Below are positions 13,255 through 22,847 of a DNA stretch of 34,246 nucleotides, piece after piece. The notes below the pieces were generated by a model, which saw nothing but the letters and a program-made list of their open reading frames with translations, made no database searches and was not told the origin of the DNA. Numbering within the stretch: the first letter of the stretch is position 1; each line of letters begins with the position of its first letter. Source of the stretch: Octopus sinensis (taxonomy: Eukaryota); assembly GCF_006345805.1 (NCBI RefSeq), contig NW_021831741.1, positions 1 to 34,246 on the forward strand, written 5' to 3'. Made by a program: the position numbers and the translations under genes.

Positions 13255-13745
13255 GAGAGAGAGAGAGAGAGAGAGAGATAGACAGACAGACAGATAGAAG
13301 ATAGATAGATAGATAGATAAATATACTAGCAACACTGTCTCGCACGACCTTTGCTTCCCAACAAAATGGTTCTAGGATCAACTTCATTGAATGTAATCCT
13401 TTGATAAGCATTTTTTGTTATAGTTTTTGTGTGCTAACATGTATGAATGTATGTGTTGTGTGTCTGAGTGTGTGTGTGTGTTGTGTGTATGTGTGTGTGT
13501 GTGAGTGTGTTTTTGTCTTGACATCTGTGTGATAGTTGTAAATGAGTGCCACTGTCATATAAGCAGGGTCTCTTATTTCCAACATTCTGCGGGAACATGT
13601 CTAGTTCTTGGCAATGTTAGCTTCCTTGAAAAGAAGCGGAGAGGGTTGGCGATATGGAGAGCATCCAGCTGCAGAAAATCTGCCTCAATAAAATCTATCT
13701 GAGCCAAGCAAGCATGATGATGTTGATGATCTGTGTGTGTGCTTG

Positions 13746-13779
<34 letters not shown>

Positions 13780-13781
13780 TA

Positions 13782-13867
<86 letters not shown>

Positions 13868-14163
13868 CTATGTCTATACATATATACATATATGTATGTA
13901 TGTATGTATATATATATATATATATTTACACAGAAATGAGTACAACACACCCATACATATATACATGGTTGTAGTGTAAGGAGTTTTTTCCCCAACAATA
14001 CACTCTTCCACGTTGAATCCCTCTGCATGGAAACTCAGGCAAGTATATTCTACTCTTACCTCGGGCTGAAAAAAATATTATAAGTGGATTTGGTAAATGA
14101 AAACTAAAAGAAGCTTCATAACAGGTGTGTGTCTATGTGTGTGCCTATGTATATGTGTGTGAG

Positions 14164-14204
<41 letters not shown>

Positions 14205-17200
14205 TGTGTAGTGGTTCAGCAAAGAGGCTGAAAGGATAAGTGATATGCTTAAAATAATAAAATTACTGGGATGATTACAGTTGACCACAAATTCAAGGTG
14301 ATGCCCCAGCATGGCCGCAGTCAAATGCCTGAAACAATATATATATATGATTGATTGATTGATTGATTCTAGTTTCAGCTCATGAGCTGTGACCATGCTG
14401 GGGCACCGCCATTTGGTGTTGCTACATGGTTTTACTTCACGAAAGCTTTTTAGCAACTGCCATTTGGTGCATGAGAGAGTTCGATGCAGCTGCCCTCATC
14501 TGCACCTCCTGCCGTGAAGTTGGTTCACCTGGGATACCTGACAGGAAGAGATCCAGTTTCATTTTAAAGACATCTGCATCCACCCCATGCAGGTCTCTTA
14601 GGTTCTTCGGGAGGATATTGAAGAGCTGTGGGCCTCGGAAGCCCAGGCTATCACAGTATCTTGTCCTACATCTTGATGGCAAATTTGGAGTCCTAGGCAC
14701 CACGCAGTGGCGCCCAGTTCTTGCATTTGTGTAACTCTCGATGCCAAAGTTTGGGACAAGTCCCTCCAGGATCTTCCAGATGTATATTATGGCATATCTT
14801 TCCCGCCTACGCTCCAAGGAATAGAGTTTTAATCTCTTTAGTCTTTCCCAGTAGCTTATATTCTGCTGCATAGAGGCTACCTTCTTCGTGTAGCTACGTT
14901 GGATCGCCTCAAGTTCTGTGATCAACTTGACACTAGATGGTGACCATAACTGAGAGCAATAGTCAAAGTGGCTTAGGACAAGTGTCCTCCAGAGGACCAT
15001 CATGGTTTCTTGTTCTCTTGTTCTAAAAGTTCTGAAAATCCATCCGGCCAGTCGTCTACATTTCATTGCCAATTTAGCAACATGTACACGAAAGGTTGCG
15101 TCATCACTCATGTAAATACCCAGGTCACGCACTGATTGTGCCTCTGGGATTGCAATTCCTCCGGGTCCAGTGTATTCATTGGGTATTGCATTTAGTTTTG
15201 CATGCTGATAGTATAAAGCTTGAAACTTTTCAGCATTGAACTGCATGCTATTCTTTTCAGCCCACTTGTATATTTTGTCCAGCTCACATTGCAGGCGTTT
15301 AGTGTCCTCAGGGTTCTGTATTGCCTGTGAAACTTTTGTATCATCTGCATAACTTGTGATCGTGGCTCTCTGCGTGGCTGAGGGCATGTCTGAGAGGGCC
15401 ATTATGAACAGTAGTGGTCCCAAGACAGTGCCCTGCGGAACACCGCTCACTATTTGCGTGTTAATGGAATTGGCTACTACCACCTGACTTCTATCTTTCA
15501 GAAAGTCATGAAGCCATTCTCCCAGTTTTCCAACTATGTTGAGATCACGCAGTTTGTGACATATCATTCCATGATCGACTTTATCAAAGGCCTTTGCAAA
15601 GTCGAGATATATCACTTCCACATTTGAGTGGTTGAGCAGTCGTTTCAGCACCCAGTCATAGTGTTGTAGGAGCTGAGTTAAACAGCTTCTCCCTGGTCGG
15701 AAACCATGTTGGGTGTCGGGCAGCAAGTCATTTTCTTCAAGGAAGGTGATCAGTTTCTTTATGACTATTCGTTCCATGACCTTGCTGATGTGTGAGGTCA
15801 GAGAGATAGGTCTGTAGTTCTTGGCCTCCGCTCTGCTACCTCCTTTATGAATAGGGCATATTTTACCTTCCTTCAGTTTTCTTGGAAGTTTGCCAGCTGC
15901 AAGGAAGCTCTGAAAGAGGAACTGCAGTGGTCTTGCTAGGACTCTCTTACATACTTTTAGGAGGATTGCCGGGAATCCATCGGGGCCAGTAACTGAGTCT
16001 GTTTTCATTTCATCTATAGCCTTTATTACATCGTCTTCCTTTATATCGATGTAATCTATCGTCGCCGCCTCTGATTTTATATCTGCAGTGGTAAAGAAGT
16101 CAGTTGGATTGGCGATTTGGAAATGCCCAAGGGGTGGAGTGAAAACACTCTTGAATTGCTCATTCAGTATTTCACTTACACTCATTGGTTTTCCTGTGAG
16201 TGTGCCATCCTTTTCAAGGAGTGGCCCTATCCTACAGTGCACTGTAGCTGTTTCTTTGGCATACCTGTAGAAAGCTCTGAGGTTAGATTTTATGTTGTCT
16301 ATAGCCCAGGCTTCTTTGTCTGCTCTTTCCTTTTCATGGGAGAGTTGCAGACATTTTTCAATTTCCAAAAGTTTTATTTTCAGGCGGGACTTTTCACTGC
16401 TTTCAATTTGTTTGTTTAGGCGATTTGAAATGTTTGTACGCCGTCTCATTAAAATTTTCCTCTCTCTGGGGATTTTGTTCTTGTGTACAGTGGCCTTTCT
16501 CTCTGGGACACATTTGTAGCATATGGCTTGCATTACAGACATGAATTGTTGAAGTTTCACGTCGATGTCTGGCGAGGAGGGAATTCAGGCCAGTTTTGTT
16601 TGAGGATCTCTTTCTCAATTTGTTTCCAGTTTGCCTTATGGTAGTTCAAGCTGGAAAGATTCTGAGGGTTTCTTGTAGGCTGCATGTCCGTGCTCTCTTT
16701 TGGCCCGTACATGGTCAGCTCTACCATGTTGTGATCCGAGAGTAGTGTCGGTGTCACTTTCACATTATGGATGAGATCCATATTATTTGTGAAGCAGAGA
16801 TCCAGTGTGTTACCTTCCCTGGTTGGTTGGAGTATTACTTGCTCCATGTACAGGGTGTTGATGAGGTTCAGGAGGGACCTCGCCTGTCCTCGTTCACATC
16901 TTGTCATTCCTGGGAGAGAAAGACCCTCGGGCCATTTGACATTGGGTAGATTGAAGTCTCCCATAAGAAGTACACTTATGTGTTGTTCTAATGTGATTAG
17001 AACTTCTATTTTTATAAGGCAGTCTTCAAACTTGCCTACATGACTTGGGGGCATCTGGAGGGCGATATGTAGCACACACAACTACCTCAAGTTGCCTTAT
17101 ATGTACAATTAGTGTGTCACACACCGAGTTTGAATATGACAAAAGGACCTGGGGTGTGAGGTCCTCACGGATGTACATAGCAACTCCTCCATGACTCCTT

Positions 17201-19669
17201 TCTTTTCTGTCGGTCCGTAGTACAACATACTGTGGTATGTGTAATTCCGCATCTGCTATGTCCGGTTTCAGGTGCGTTTCCGTAAGTGCTATGCATAAGG
17301 CTTGATTGCATGGAAAGTTTGCCACAGGTGAGGATCGAACTCATGACCTTCAGATTACTCGGTTGTTAGAGCAGGATTATGAGACTGACGCGCTGCCTAC
17401 TGCGCTATCTGTCTCTTTTATGTATACCTGATGTCTGTTATATTGTCTCTTTTATATATACCTGATGTCTGTTATATTTTGGTTCATCTCATAATGACCT
17501 TGTTTCATTTGACCATTAAAGGTATTATTATCAGTGGTGGAGGTCAGTTGGACTGTCAACACCGCTAATATCATCATCAACATGATCAATATACAATTCC
17601 TCCACAAACACAAGGGTTTTGTAGTACATGTGATAAATCTATTCCCATTATTTTACTGGTACCTTGATAATATTTATATTATACAGATCAATATAATACT
17701 GGAGAGTGTATATAATATGTATTTATTAACTAACCTTGGACAGCATCGCACACACCACTTTATACCATCGCCTGAAAGTAATGGATGAGGAAAGAAAAAC
17801 ATGAAAAAAACAAACATCACACAGCTTGAGATATAGTTATTAGTCATTAAAGAAAACAAATGCAATTAGGTCACAATAACTTAATTACAGCAATTATTAC
17901 ACCACATACTCACACACACATATATTATTCAATACACACTCTAACAGTAGAACATAATATAACACCCCTGAGTAAACCCAGAAATGTAAAGACAGGAAAA
18001 AATGCTAAGAATTCTCACAGCTTATATAAACATGACATTTAGGAAGGAAAGAAGGGCTACAGGTAATATATGAACCCCAGTACATGACTGGTATTGTTTT
18101 TATCAACCTTGCAAAGATGGAAGACGTTGACCTTGGCAGGATTTGAACTCTTAACGTAAAGAGTCGTAAATAAATAACACAATTATTTTCTCTAAAAGTA
18201 ATAAAGAAACAGAACAGGAGGAAAATAGAAGAAGACAGTTTATAAAGGAACCCTGGGTATTACTGGTATAGATTATATTGACCCAGAGTGATAGTAAATA
18301 TTCTGGTAGGATTTGAACATGGAACATAAAAGAGACAGATGTAAATACTGTAAGGGGATGATTCTGTATTTAGCCCAGGGTCAGAGTAAATAGGGAAACT
18401 ACAAGAGAGAGAGAGAGAGAGAGGGGGAAGAAAGAGAGAGAGAAAAAAGTAGTTCTAAATGGGATGAAAGGAAGAAGAGAGAGAATTTGAACCTGTGACG
18501 TTGAGGAAATGGAGAACGAGATGAAGTAAAGTGTCCAGTCAGGCAACAACAATAACAATGATGATGATTAATTAATAAAGTAGATTACAGTGCGAAAGAG
18601 AGAAGAAAGACAATGACCCCATGGTGGGATTATGACATGAATGACTGAATGAAAAAGAAACAAACATTATTGAAAACATAAAAGAAACAGATTTGGATAT
18701 TCCAGATCCAATGGGGACTTACCTCCGAACTGCCCAATGCAGTGGTGTGTCTCCATCGTTGTTCACCACATTGGCATCGATGCCATTGTGACCCAACAAC
18801 AGCTCGACAGTGTGCAAGTGTCCCCGCGAACAGGCCCAGTGCAGCGGTGTTTCACCATTATTAGACCGTGCATTGACCTGAAAAAGAAAAGAATAAAAAC
18901 ATTAAAAATGGTGTCTGAAAGGGGAGTCGGGTGGTGAAGAATTAAAAGAAAAACTCACAGAAAATGAGAAGAGAAGGAATGAAATTAATTAAACAGGTGG
19001 AATGATTGGGGTGGGGAGTAGGTAATAGAGATTTCTATTGTATATACACACACGCGTATACACAAATACATATGTACATATAAATATATTTATACACACA
19101 CACACAAACACACGCATATAGGATGAATAACTCAATAAATAAACACATAGTGCAGCAAAATGTGTGTGTGTGTGTGTGTGTGTGTTCATAGTTACATTTA
19201 TTCTATTATTCTTTCATTTGTTTCAGTCATGTGGATGTGGCCATGCTGGAGCACTGTCGTTAGTCGAGCAAATCAACCCCAATAAGCCTAGTACTTATTT
19301 TATTAGTTTCTTTTGCAGAAACGCTAGTTTACGGGGACGTAAACACATCAGCATCGGTTGTCAAGCGATGATGGGGACAAACACAGACACACAAACACAC
19401 GTACGTACACACAGACACACATAACACACACACATATATATATATATATATATGTACACACACACACACACACACAATATATATATATATATATATATAC
19501 ATATATAGGACGGGCTTCTTCCAGTTTCCGTCTACCAAATCCACTCACAAGGCTTAGGTCGGCCCGAGGCTATAGTACAAGACACTTGCCCAGGTGCCAC
19601 TAAGAGGGACTGAACCCGGAACCATGTTGTTTGTAAGCAATCTACTTACCACACAGCCATTCCTGTGCC

Positions 19670-19705
<36 letters not shown>

Positions 19706-19969
19706 ATAATATATATATAGTATATATATATTATATGCTGTTGTATGTTCCTCATGAGCTTTTTAATGTAAACATTTCTTGATGAAATTTTCTGAAAATC
19801 CATCCCTTTCAATGTCTTAATCAACAATTATGTCTGGAGTTGTGATTGGTTTGAAACTAATCAAATGCTTCCGTTTTCTCAGCATAATAGTAATCGAAAA
19901 TCAATGTTTATCATTAAACAGTAGGAAACACCAGAAAGTTATGGAGGAAAATACGGGGGCTCAGGAATA

Positions 19970-20053
<84 letters not shown>

Positions 20054-20084
20054 TTTATCATATAACCCCGACTCAACCCGGGAC

Positions 20085-20117
<33 letters not shown>

Positions 20118-20245
20118 TGGTTATGTTATACATACTCATATATAGGTGTGTATACATATTTATATAGATATATATATATGAATTATGTATGAATGTACGC
20201 ATGTATATATATATATATTATATATATATATATATTATATATATA

Positions 20246-20286
<41 letters not shown>

Positions 20287-21333
20287 CATACTATATAGGA
20301 TGAAGTTTTTTTTACAGAAAAATATTCCATCAAAAAATGTGGCAGCATACTAAAATAACTTTACAGTTAAATTATAAACAACTTATAAATAAGGGTTAAA
20401 GAAAAGTATTTCAAAGCCAATTTTCTGATAACAGACTTTTAAATCGTCAATTTCCACATATTATTTACTCGCTACAGAGAAAAAACACTAAGAACTGAAA
20501 ACGGCGAAAGCCGGTCAATAGAATGTTTTTTAAAAAGTTCGTTATTTCTATATTGAATCAATTTCGGAATTAATCTCATAATAGATTCTTTCGTCTTCAG
20601 TAGAACATACGAAAGGATATGAATAAGATACTTACCTCACTGCCCCGAGATAGTAAGATCTCCACAGCATGAGGTCGATCGCTGAGACTAAAAGATAGAA
20701 ACATTGACTAATTTACATGAAATATGAAAATATTTTGGCTTTGAGACGAAACAGTATCGTCATCATCATCACCATCATCATCACCTGCACTATTATCATC
20801 AATATCATGTTCATCAACATCATTACCATCAGCATCATTACCACCACCTCTATCATTGACACAATCATCATCATCATCATCATTATCATCATCGCCATCA
20901 TCACCATCATCATCATCGCCTTCATCATCATCACCATCTTCATCACCTGCACTATTATCATCAATATCATGTTCATCAACATCATTACCATCATCATCAT
21001 TACCACCACCTCTATCATTGACACAATCATCATCATCATCATCATTATCATCATCGCCATCATCACCATCATCATCATCGCCTTCATCATCATCACCATC
21101 TTCATCACCTGCACTATTATCATCAATATCATGTTCATCAACATCATTACCATCATCATCATTGCCACCACCTCCATCATTGACATAATCATCATCATCA
21201 TCATCATCGCCATCATCACCCTCATTGCCAACACCATCATCATCATCATCGTTCATAGCCACCATCATCATCATCACCATCATCATCAACAGAGTCATCA
21301 TCATCACCGTCTGCGTCATCATCATCATCATCG

Positions 21334-21366
<33 letters not shown>

Positions 21367-22138
21367 CCATCATCATCAACAGAGTCATCATCATCAACAG
21401 AGTCATCATCATCACCGTCTGCGTCATCATCATCATCGTCATCATCATCATCATCAGCTCCATCATCAACAGCAAGATCGACCTCATCAATATCATCATC
21501 ATCATTATCACCATCATCATAATCACTATCATCATTATCATCATGATCAACATCACCATCATCATTTTCATCATAGTCATCATCATCCTCATCACCATCA
21601 TCATGAGCAGCAGCAGCATCATTATCATCTGCATCAACATATTAATCATAATCATCATCTTCATCATAATCACCATCAAAATCATCATTATCCTCCTCCC
21701 CCTCCTTCTCATCATCATCGTCCTCATCATTATTATCATCATCATCATCATCATCATCATCATCGGGATTGTTATGTTTGAATAATGACTAATGAATTGG
21801 ATCGATGACTAAAGAGAAGCTTGTTGTTGTTGTTGTTGTTGTTTGCTAGTCTGCTGTTGTGCTGTTGTGCTGCTGTCCCACTACTATGGCATCTTTGGAT
21901 ATTGAACCTGTGACTGCAATTGCAACAAATTTACAAACAAAAACACACCTGCAGATTTTACTTGATTCTCAACTTACCTCCACACAGCCCAATGTAAGGC
22001 TGTATTACCAAACAAGGAGTCTTTTGCTCCCACCCCTCTTCCTGCTTCTAGCAATAATTCGAGTATTCTTCTATCGGCGCCCAATTGAGAGGCCAATATT
22101 AAAGGAGTTTTTCCAAATATATCAATAGGTTTATTTAT
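1105..22138 (-). CDS. Multi-exon ankyrin-repeat + C3HC4 RING protein gene (MIB2-like C-terminal architecture, putative E3 ubiquitin ligase); 3' end runs off the window and the 5' end is uncertain
   Basis: Ten exons with GT-AG boundaries and matching phases (0-2, 2-0, 0-2, 2-0, 0-0, 0-2, 2-1, 1-1, 1-1, 1-1) give one uninterrupted frame: [16 protein letters not shown]...[44 protein letters not shown]...[44 protein letters not shown]...-WSWKLSL...KTFIPPA-CTYC...CPTC. Family assignment is from known ankyrin and RING consensus motifs. Confidence 0.88.
1338..1727 (+). mobile_element. SINE-like repeat (RTE-tail family) with (GAT)n(GAG)n tail
   Basis: Paralogue of 553-852 inside the duplicated block; has extra upstream sequence. 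Confidence 0.75.
1394..2152 (+). repeat. Duplication block B, copy 2
   Basis: Colinear with 553-1258. Confidence 0.93.
1978..2055 (-). CDS. Linker micro-exon copy 2 (78 nt, phase 1-1)
   Basis: Acceptor tatttatttcag, donor G|gtgagt; open frame [25 protein letters not shown]; 21 nt longer than copy 1 with frame preserved. Confidence 0.68.
2980..3341 (+). repeat. Segmental duplication block A, copy 2
   Basis: Direct match to 185-556. Confidence 0.95.
3737..4033 (+). mobile_element. tRNA-derived SINE with ~24-bp target-site duplication
   Basis: Head gtggaggcgcaacggccc...ggtttcgattcc (B-box-like); flanked by tatagaaatctataaagtactgtt (3713-3736) and tatagaaatctataaggtactttt (4034-4057). Confidence 0.85.
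4071..4121 (-). CDS. Linker micro-exon copy 3 (51 nt, phase 1-1)
   Basis: Acceptor atatctcag, donor A|gtgagt; open frame (G)[16 protein letters not shown]; flanks homologous to those of the other two copies. Confidence 0.62.
5434..5576 (-). CDS. RING finger exon (143 nt, phase 2-1; unspliced read-through stops at 5417)
   Basis: Acceptor ttgttctacag; C-x2-C-x11-C-x-H-x3-C-x2-C-x8-C-x2-C (C3HC4, MIB/XIAP-type spacing); donor TTTG|gtaaga at 5433. Confidence 0.9.
6882..8019 (+). mobile_element. Decayed Tc1/mariner transposase, DD37D (maT-type), with right terminal repeat remnant
   Basis: N-terminal HTH-like region from ATG 6882, then KNFDQDQ, MVLGVVS.EG.VMPP.FFP, RPYVFQ*DSA and WPPNSSDLN(P)LD; 37 residues between catalytic D2 and D3 after one frameshift. 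Ends at tgtcctcaaatatcttacacacc followed by (TA)n; left TIR not seen. Confidence 0.88.
8455..8630 (-). CDS. Degenerate ankyrin/linker exon (176 nt, phase 0-2)
   Basis: Acceptor aacctatgtag, donor GC|gtaagt; open frame [58 protein letters not shown]. Its phases bridge the flanking exons exactly. Confidence 0.88.
9606..9690 (+). mobile_element. Possible second GIY-YIG relic (Penelope-like)
   Basis: Frame reads [20 protein letters not shown]; upstream 9130-9500 is coding-like but unassignable. Confidence 0.3.
9929..10138 (-). CDS. Ankyrin exon (210 nt, phase 0-0)
   Basis: Acceptor tttttacctccacaaag, donor CAG|gtaagt; encodes [41 protein letters not shown]. Confidence 0.93.
10545..10965. repeat. 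Long imperfect inverted repeat (foldback/MITE-like), arms ~190 bp, spacer ~30 bp
   Basis: Core 10578-10924: gtttcgacccatcttgcatcggt...gtgcagatgcatctcatcgggtg...aagatacctc is mirrored on the opposite strand; roughly 80% complementary by eye. Confidence 0.92.
11175..12615 (+). mobile_element. Decayed RTE-clade LINE, reverse transcriptase region
   Basis: Broken frames give RGIKLL...[48 protein letters not shown] and ADDLV; many stops and frameshifts. Confidence 0.88.
12650..13059 (+). mobile_element. 3' region of an RTE-associated/SINE-like repeat with internal ~40-bp tggcacc/gtgcc tandem units and a (GAT)n tail
   Basis: Core ggtggttggcattaggaagg...gttaaa(t/c)gatgatgat is shared with 553-852 and 1338-1727; lies directly downstream of the RTE ORF. 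Confidence 0.7.
13215..13320. repeat. Compound microsatellite (TA)n(GA)n(GACA)n(GATA)n
   Basis: Seen directly. Confidence 0.95.
13640..13730 (+). mobile_element. Short diverged copy of the RTE-tail repeat family
   Basis: ggttggcgatatggagagcatccagctgcagaaa followed by a gatgat tail; resembles the family core. Confidence 0.5.
13745..13925. repeat. (TA)n/(TACA)n microsatellite
   Basis: Seen directly. Confidence 0.95.
13965..14337 (+). mobile_element. tRNA-derived SINE with internal (TG)n and a CR1-like tail
   Basis: Degenerate tRNA-like head; ends ccccagcatggccgcagtcaaatgcctgaaac; homologous to 19218-19670 and 30368-30689. Confidence 0.75.
14348..17319 (-). mobile_element. CR1-clade LINE: near-complete ORF2 (APE endonuclease + reverse transcriptase) with two frameshifts, 3' UTR and (ATCA)n tail
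   Basis: APE motifs TET, GGV, YRPP, GDFN, LDL and SDH in ORFs 17026-17325 and 16557-17081. RT motifs [45 protein letters not shown] and YADD in the 707-aa ORF 14437-16560. Frameshifts lie near 17045 and 16580; the tail is (TGAT)n on + at 14348-14368. Confidence 0.95.
17320..17414 (-). tRNA. Elongator tRNA-Met(CAT)-derived copy with a 22-nt insertion at the canonical 37/38 intron site; probable pseudogene
   Basis: Minus strand TAGCGCAGTAGGCAGCGCGTCAGTCTCATA[ATCCTGCTCTAACAACCGAGTA]ATCTGAAGGTCATGAGTTCGATCCTCACCTGTGGCA closely matches the eukaryotic elongator Met tRNA. D arm, anticodon arm and A/B boxes are intact; the acceptor stem is disrupted (only ACAG/CTGT can pair, out of register) and the T-stem has one mismatch. 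Confidence 0.8.
17410..17477. repeat. 34-bp tandem duplication (2 copies) abutting the tRNA 5' end
   Basis: tgtctcttttat(g/a)tatacctgatgtctgttatat at 17410-17443 and 17444-17477. Confidence 0.9.
17735..17771 (-). CDS. Ankyrin micro-exon (37 nt, phase 2-0)
   Basis: Acceptor ctttcag, donor AAG|gttagt; encodes (R)[12 protein letters not shown] and supplies the second ankyrin helix plus the phase needed to join 10138. Confidence 0.82.
18075..18350 (+). repeat. Two diverged fragments of the interspersed repeat also found at 33194 and 33841
   Basis: accccagtacatgactggta...ggatttgaactc at 18075-18155 and gacccagagtg...ggatttgaacat at 18280-18325. Confidence 0.55.
18723..18877 (-). CDS. Ankyrin exon (155 nt, phase 0-2)
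   Basis: Acceptor ttctttttcag, donor AG|gtaagt; encodes [51 protein letters not shown]. Confidence 0.93.
19218..19670 (-). mobile_element. Full-length tRNA-derived SINE (same family)
   Basis: Minus-strand head ggcacaggaatggctgtgtggtaagt...ggttccgggttcagtcc, central (TA)/(TG) microsatellite, tail ccagcatggccacatccacatgactgaaac. Confidence 0.85.
19968..20295. repeat. Interrupted (TA)n microsatellite field
   Basis: Seen directly. Other simple repeats lie at 2276-2312, 6121-6148, 8175-8222, 9837-9877, 27345-27430, 28290-28420 and 32468-32575. Confidence 0.95.
20636..20687 (-). CDS. Small ankyrin exon (52 nt, phase 2-0)
   Basis: Acceptor ttctatcttttag, donor GAG|gtaagt; encodes (S)[17 protein letters not shown], completing the ankyrin repeat between the flanking exons in frame. 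Confidence 0.88.
20757..21763. repeat. ~1 kb degenerate (CAT)n array with a 162-bp higher-order repeat
   Basis: The variant string catcacctgcactattatcatcaatatc recurs at 20779, 20941 and 21103; a second variant (caacagagtcatcatcatcaccgtctgcg) recurs near 21285 and 21395. Confidence 0.95.
21978..22138 (-). CDS. Ankyrin exon (161 nt, phase 0-2)
   Basis: Acceptor ttcattacag, donor AG|gtaagt; encodes [12 protein letters not shown]...LLLEAG and [10 protein letters not shown]. Confidence 0.92.
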
Positions 22139-22179
22139 CTGTAATGAAGAAAGTGAGGACATGTGAAATAGAGAAATTC

Positions 22180-22809
22180 CATTCTCTCTCTCTCTCTCTC
22201 TTCTTCTTGTCTCTCACTCTCTTTCTCGTCTTTTCCTCTTTCTCTCTTCTTCTCTCTCTATATCCCTTTCATTTCTTTCTACTCTTTCTTTTCTCACTTT
22301 TCTCTCTCTTTCCCTTCTCCTTCTCTGTCTTCTTTCTCTTTCTCTCTTTGGGTCTCTTTTACTCTCTTCTCTTTCTTTTCTCTCTTTTCCCATTTTCTTT
22401 CCTCTCTTTTCTCTCTCATTCCTTCATCTCTCTTTTTCTTTTTCTCTTATCGTTCTCTTTCTCATTTCTCAATTTCTCTATTTCTCTCTCCGTATCTCTC
22501 TCTCTCTCTTTCATTTCTTCTCTTTCTATCTTACATTCTTCTCTTTCCCGTTTCTTATATCTTTCTTTCTCCCTTTCTCTTTCTCCCTCTTTTTCCCTCT
22601 CTCTCATGCTTTTCTCTCTTTTTCCATTTTACTTTTCTCTGTTTCTCTCTTTTTCTTTCTCTTTCTCTCTTTTTCCATTTCTCTTTCTTTATCTCTCTCT
22701 CTATTACCTTTTTTCTTTCTTTCTCTCTCTGTCTCCTTCACTTTTCCTTTTCTCTCTTTCACCCAACCTTTTTCTTTTTCGTCTCTCTTTCTCTTTTACA
22801 TTTATCACT

Positions 22810-22847
<38 letters not shown>

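Noticed and set aside
13573-14028. 151-aa minus ORF and neighbouring YI-repeat ORFs as a missing exon
   Set aside because: Made of (TA)n plus a diverged repeat copy; exons 17735 and 10138 already join in phase.
20708-21785. Long ORFs (351, 354, 186, 178, 110 aa) of poly-M/D/I/H/S
   Set aside because: Translations of the (CAT)n array inside an intron whose flanking exons join in frame without it.
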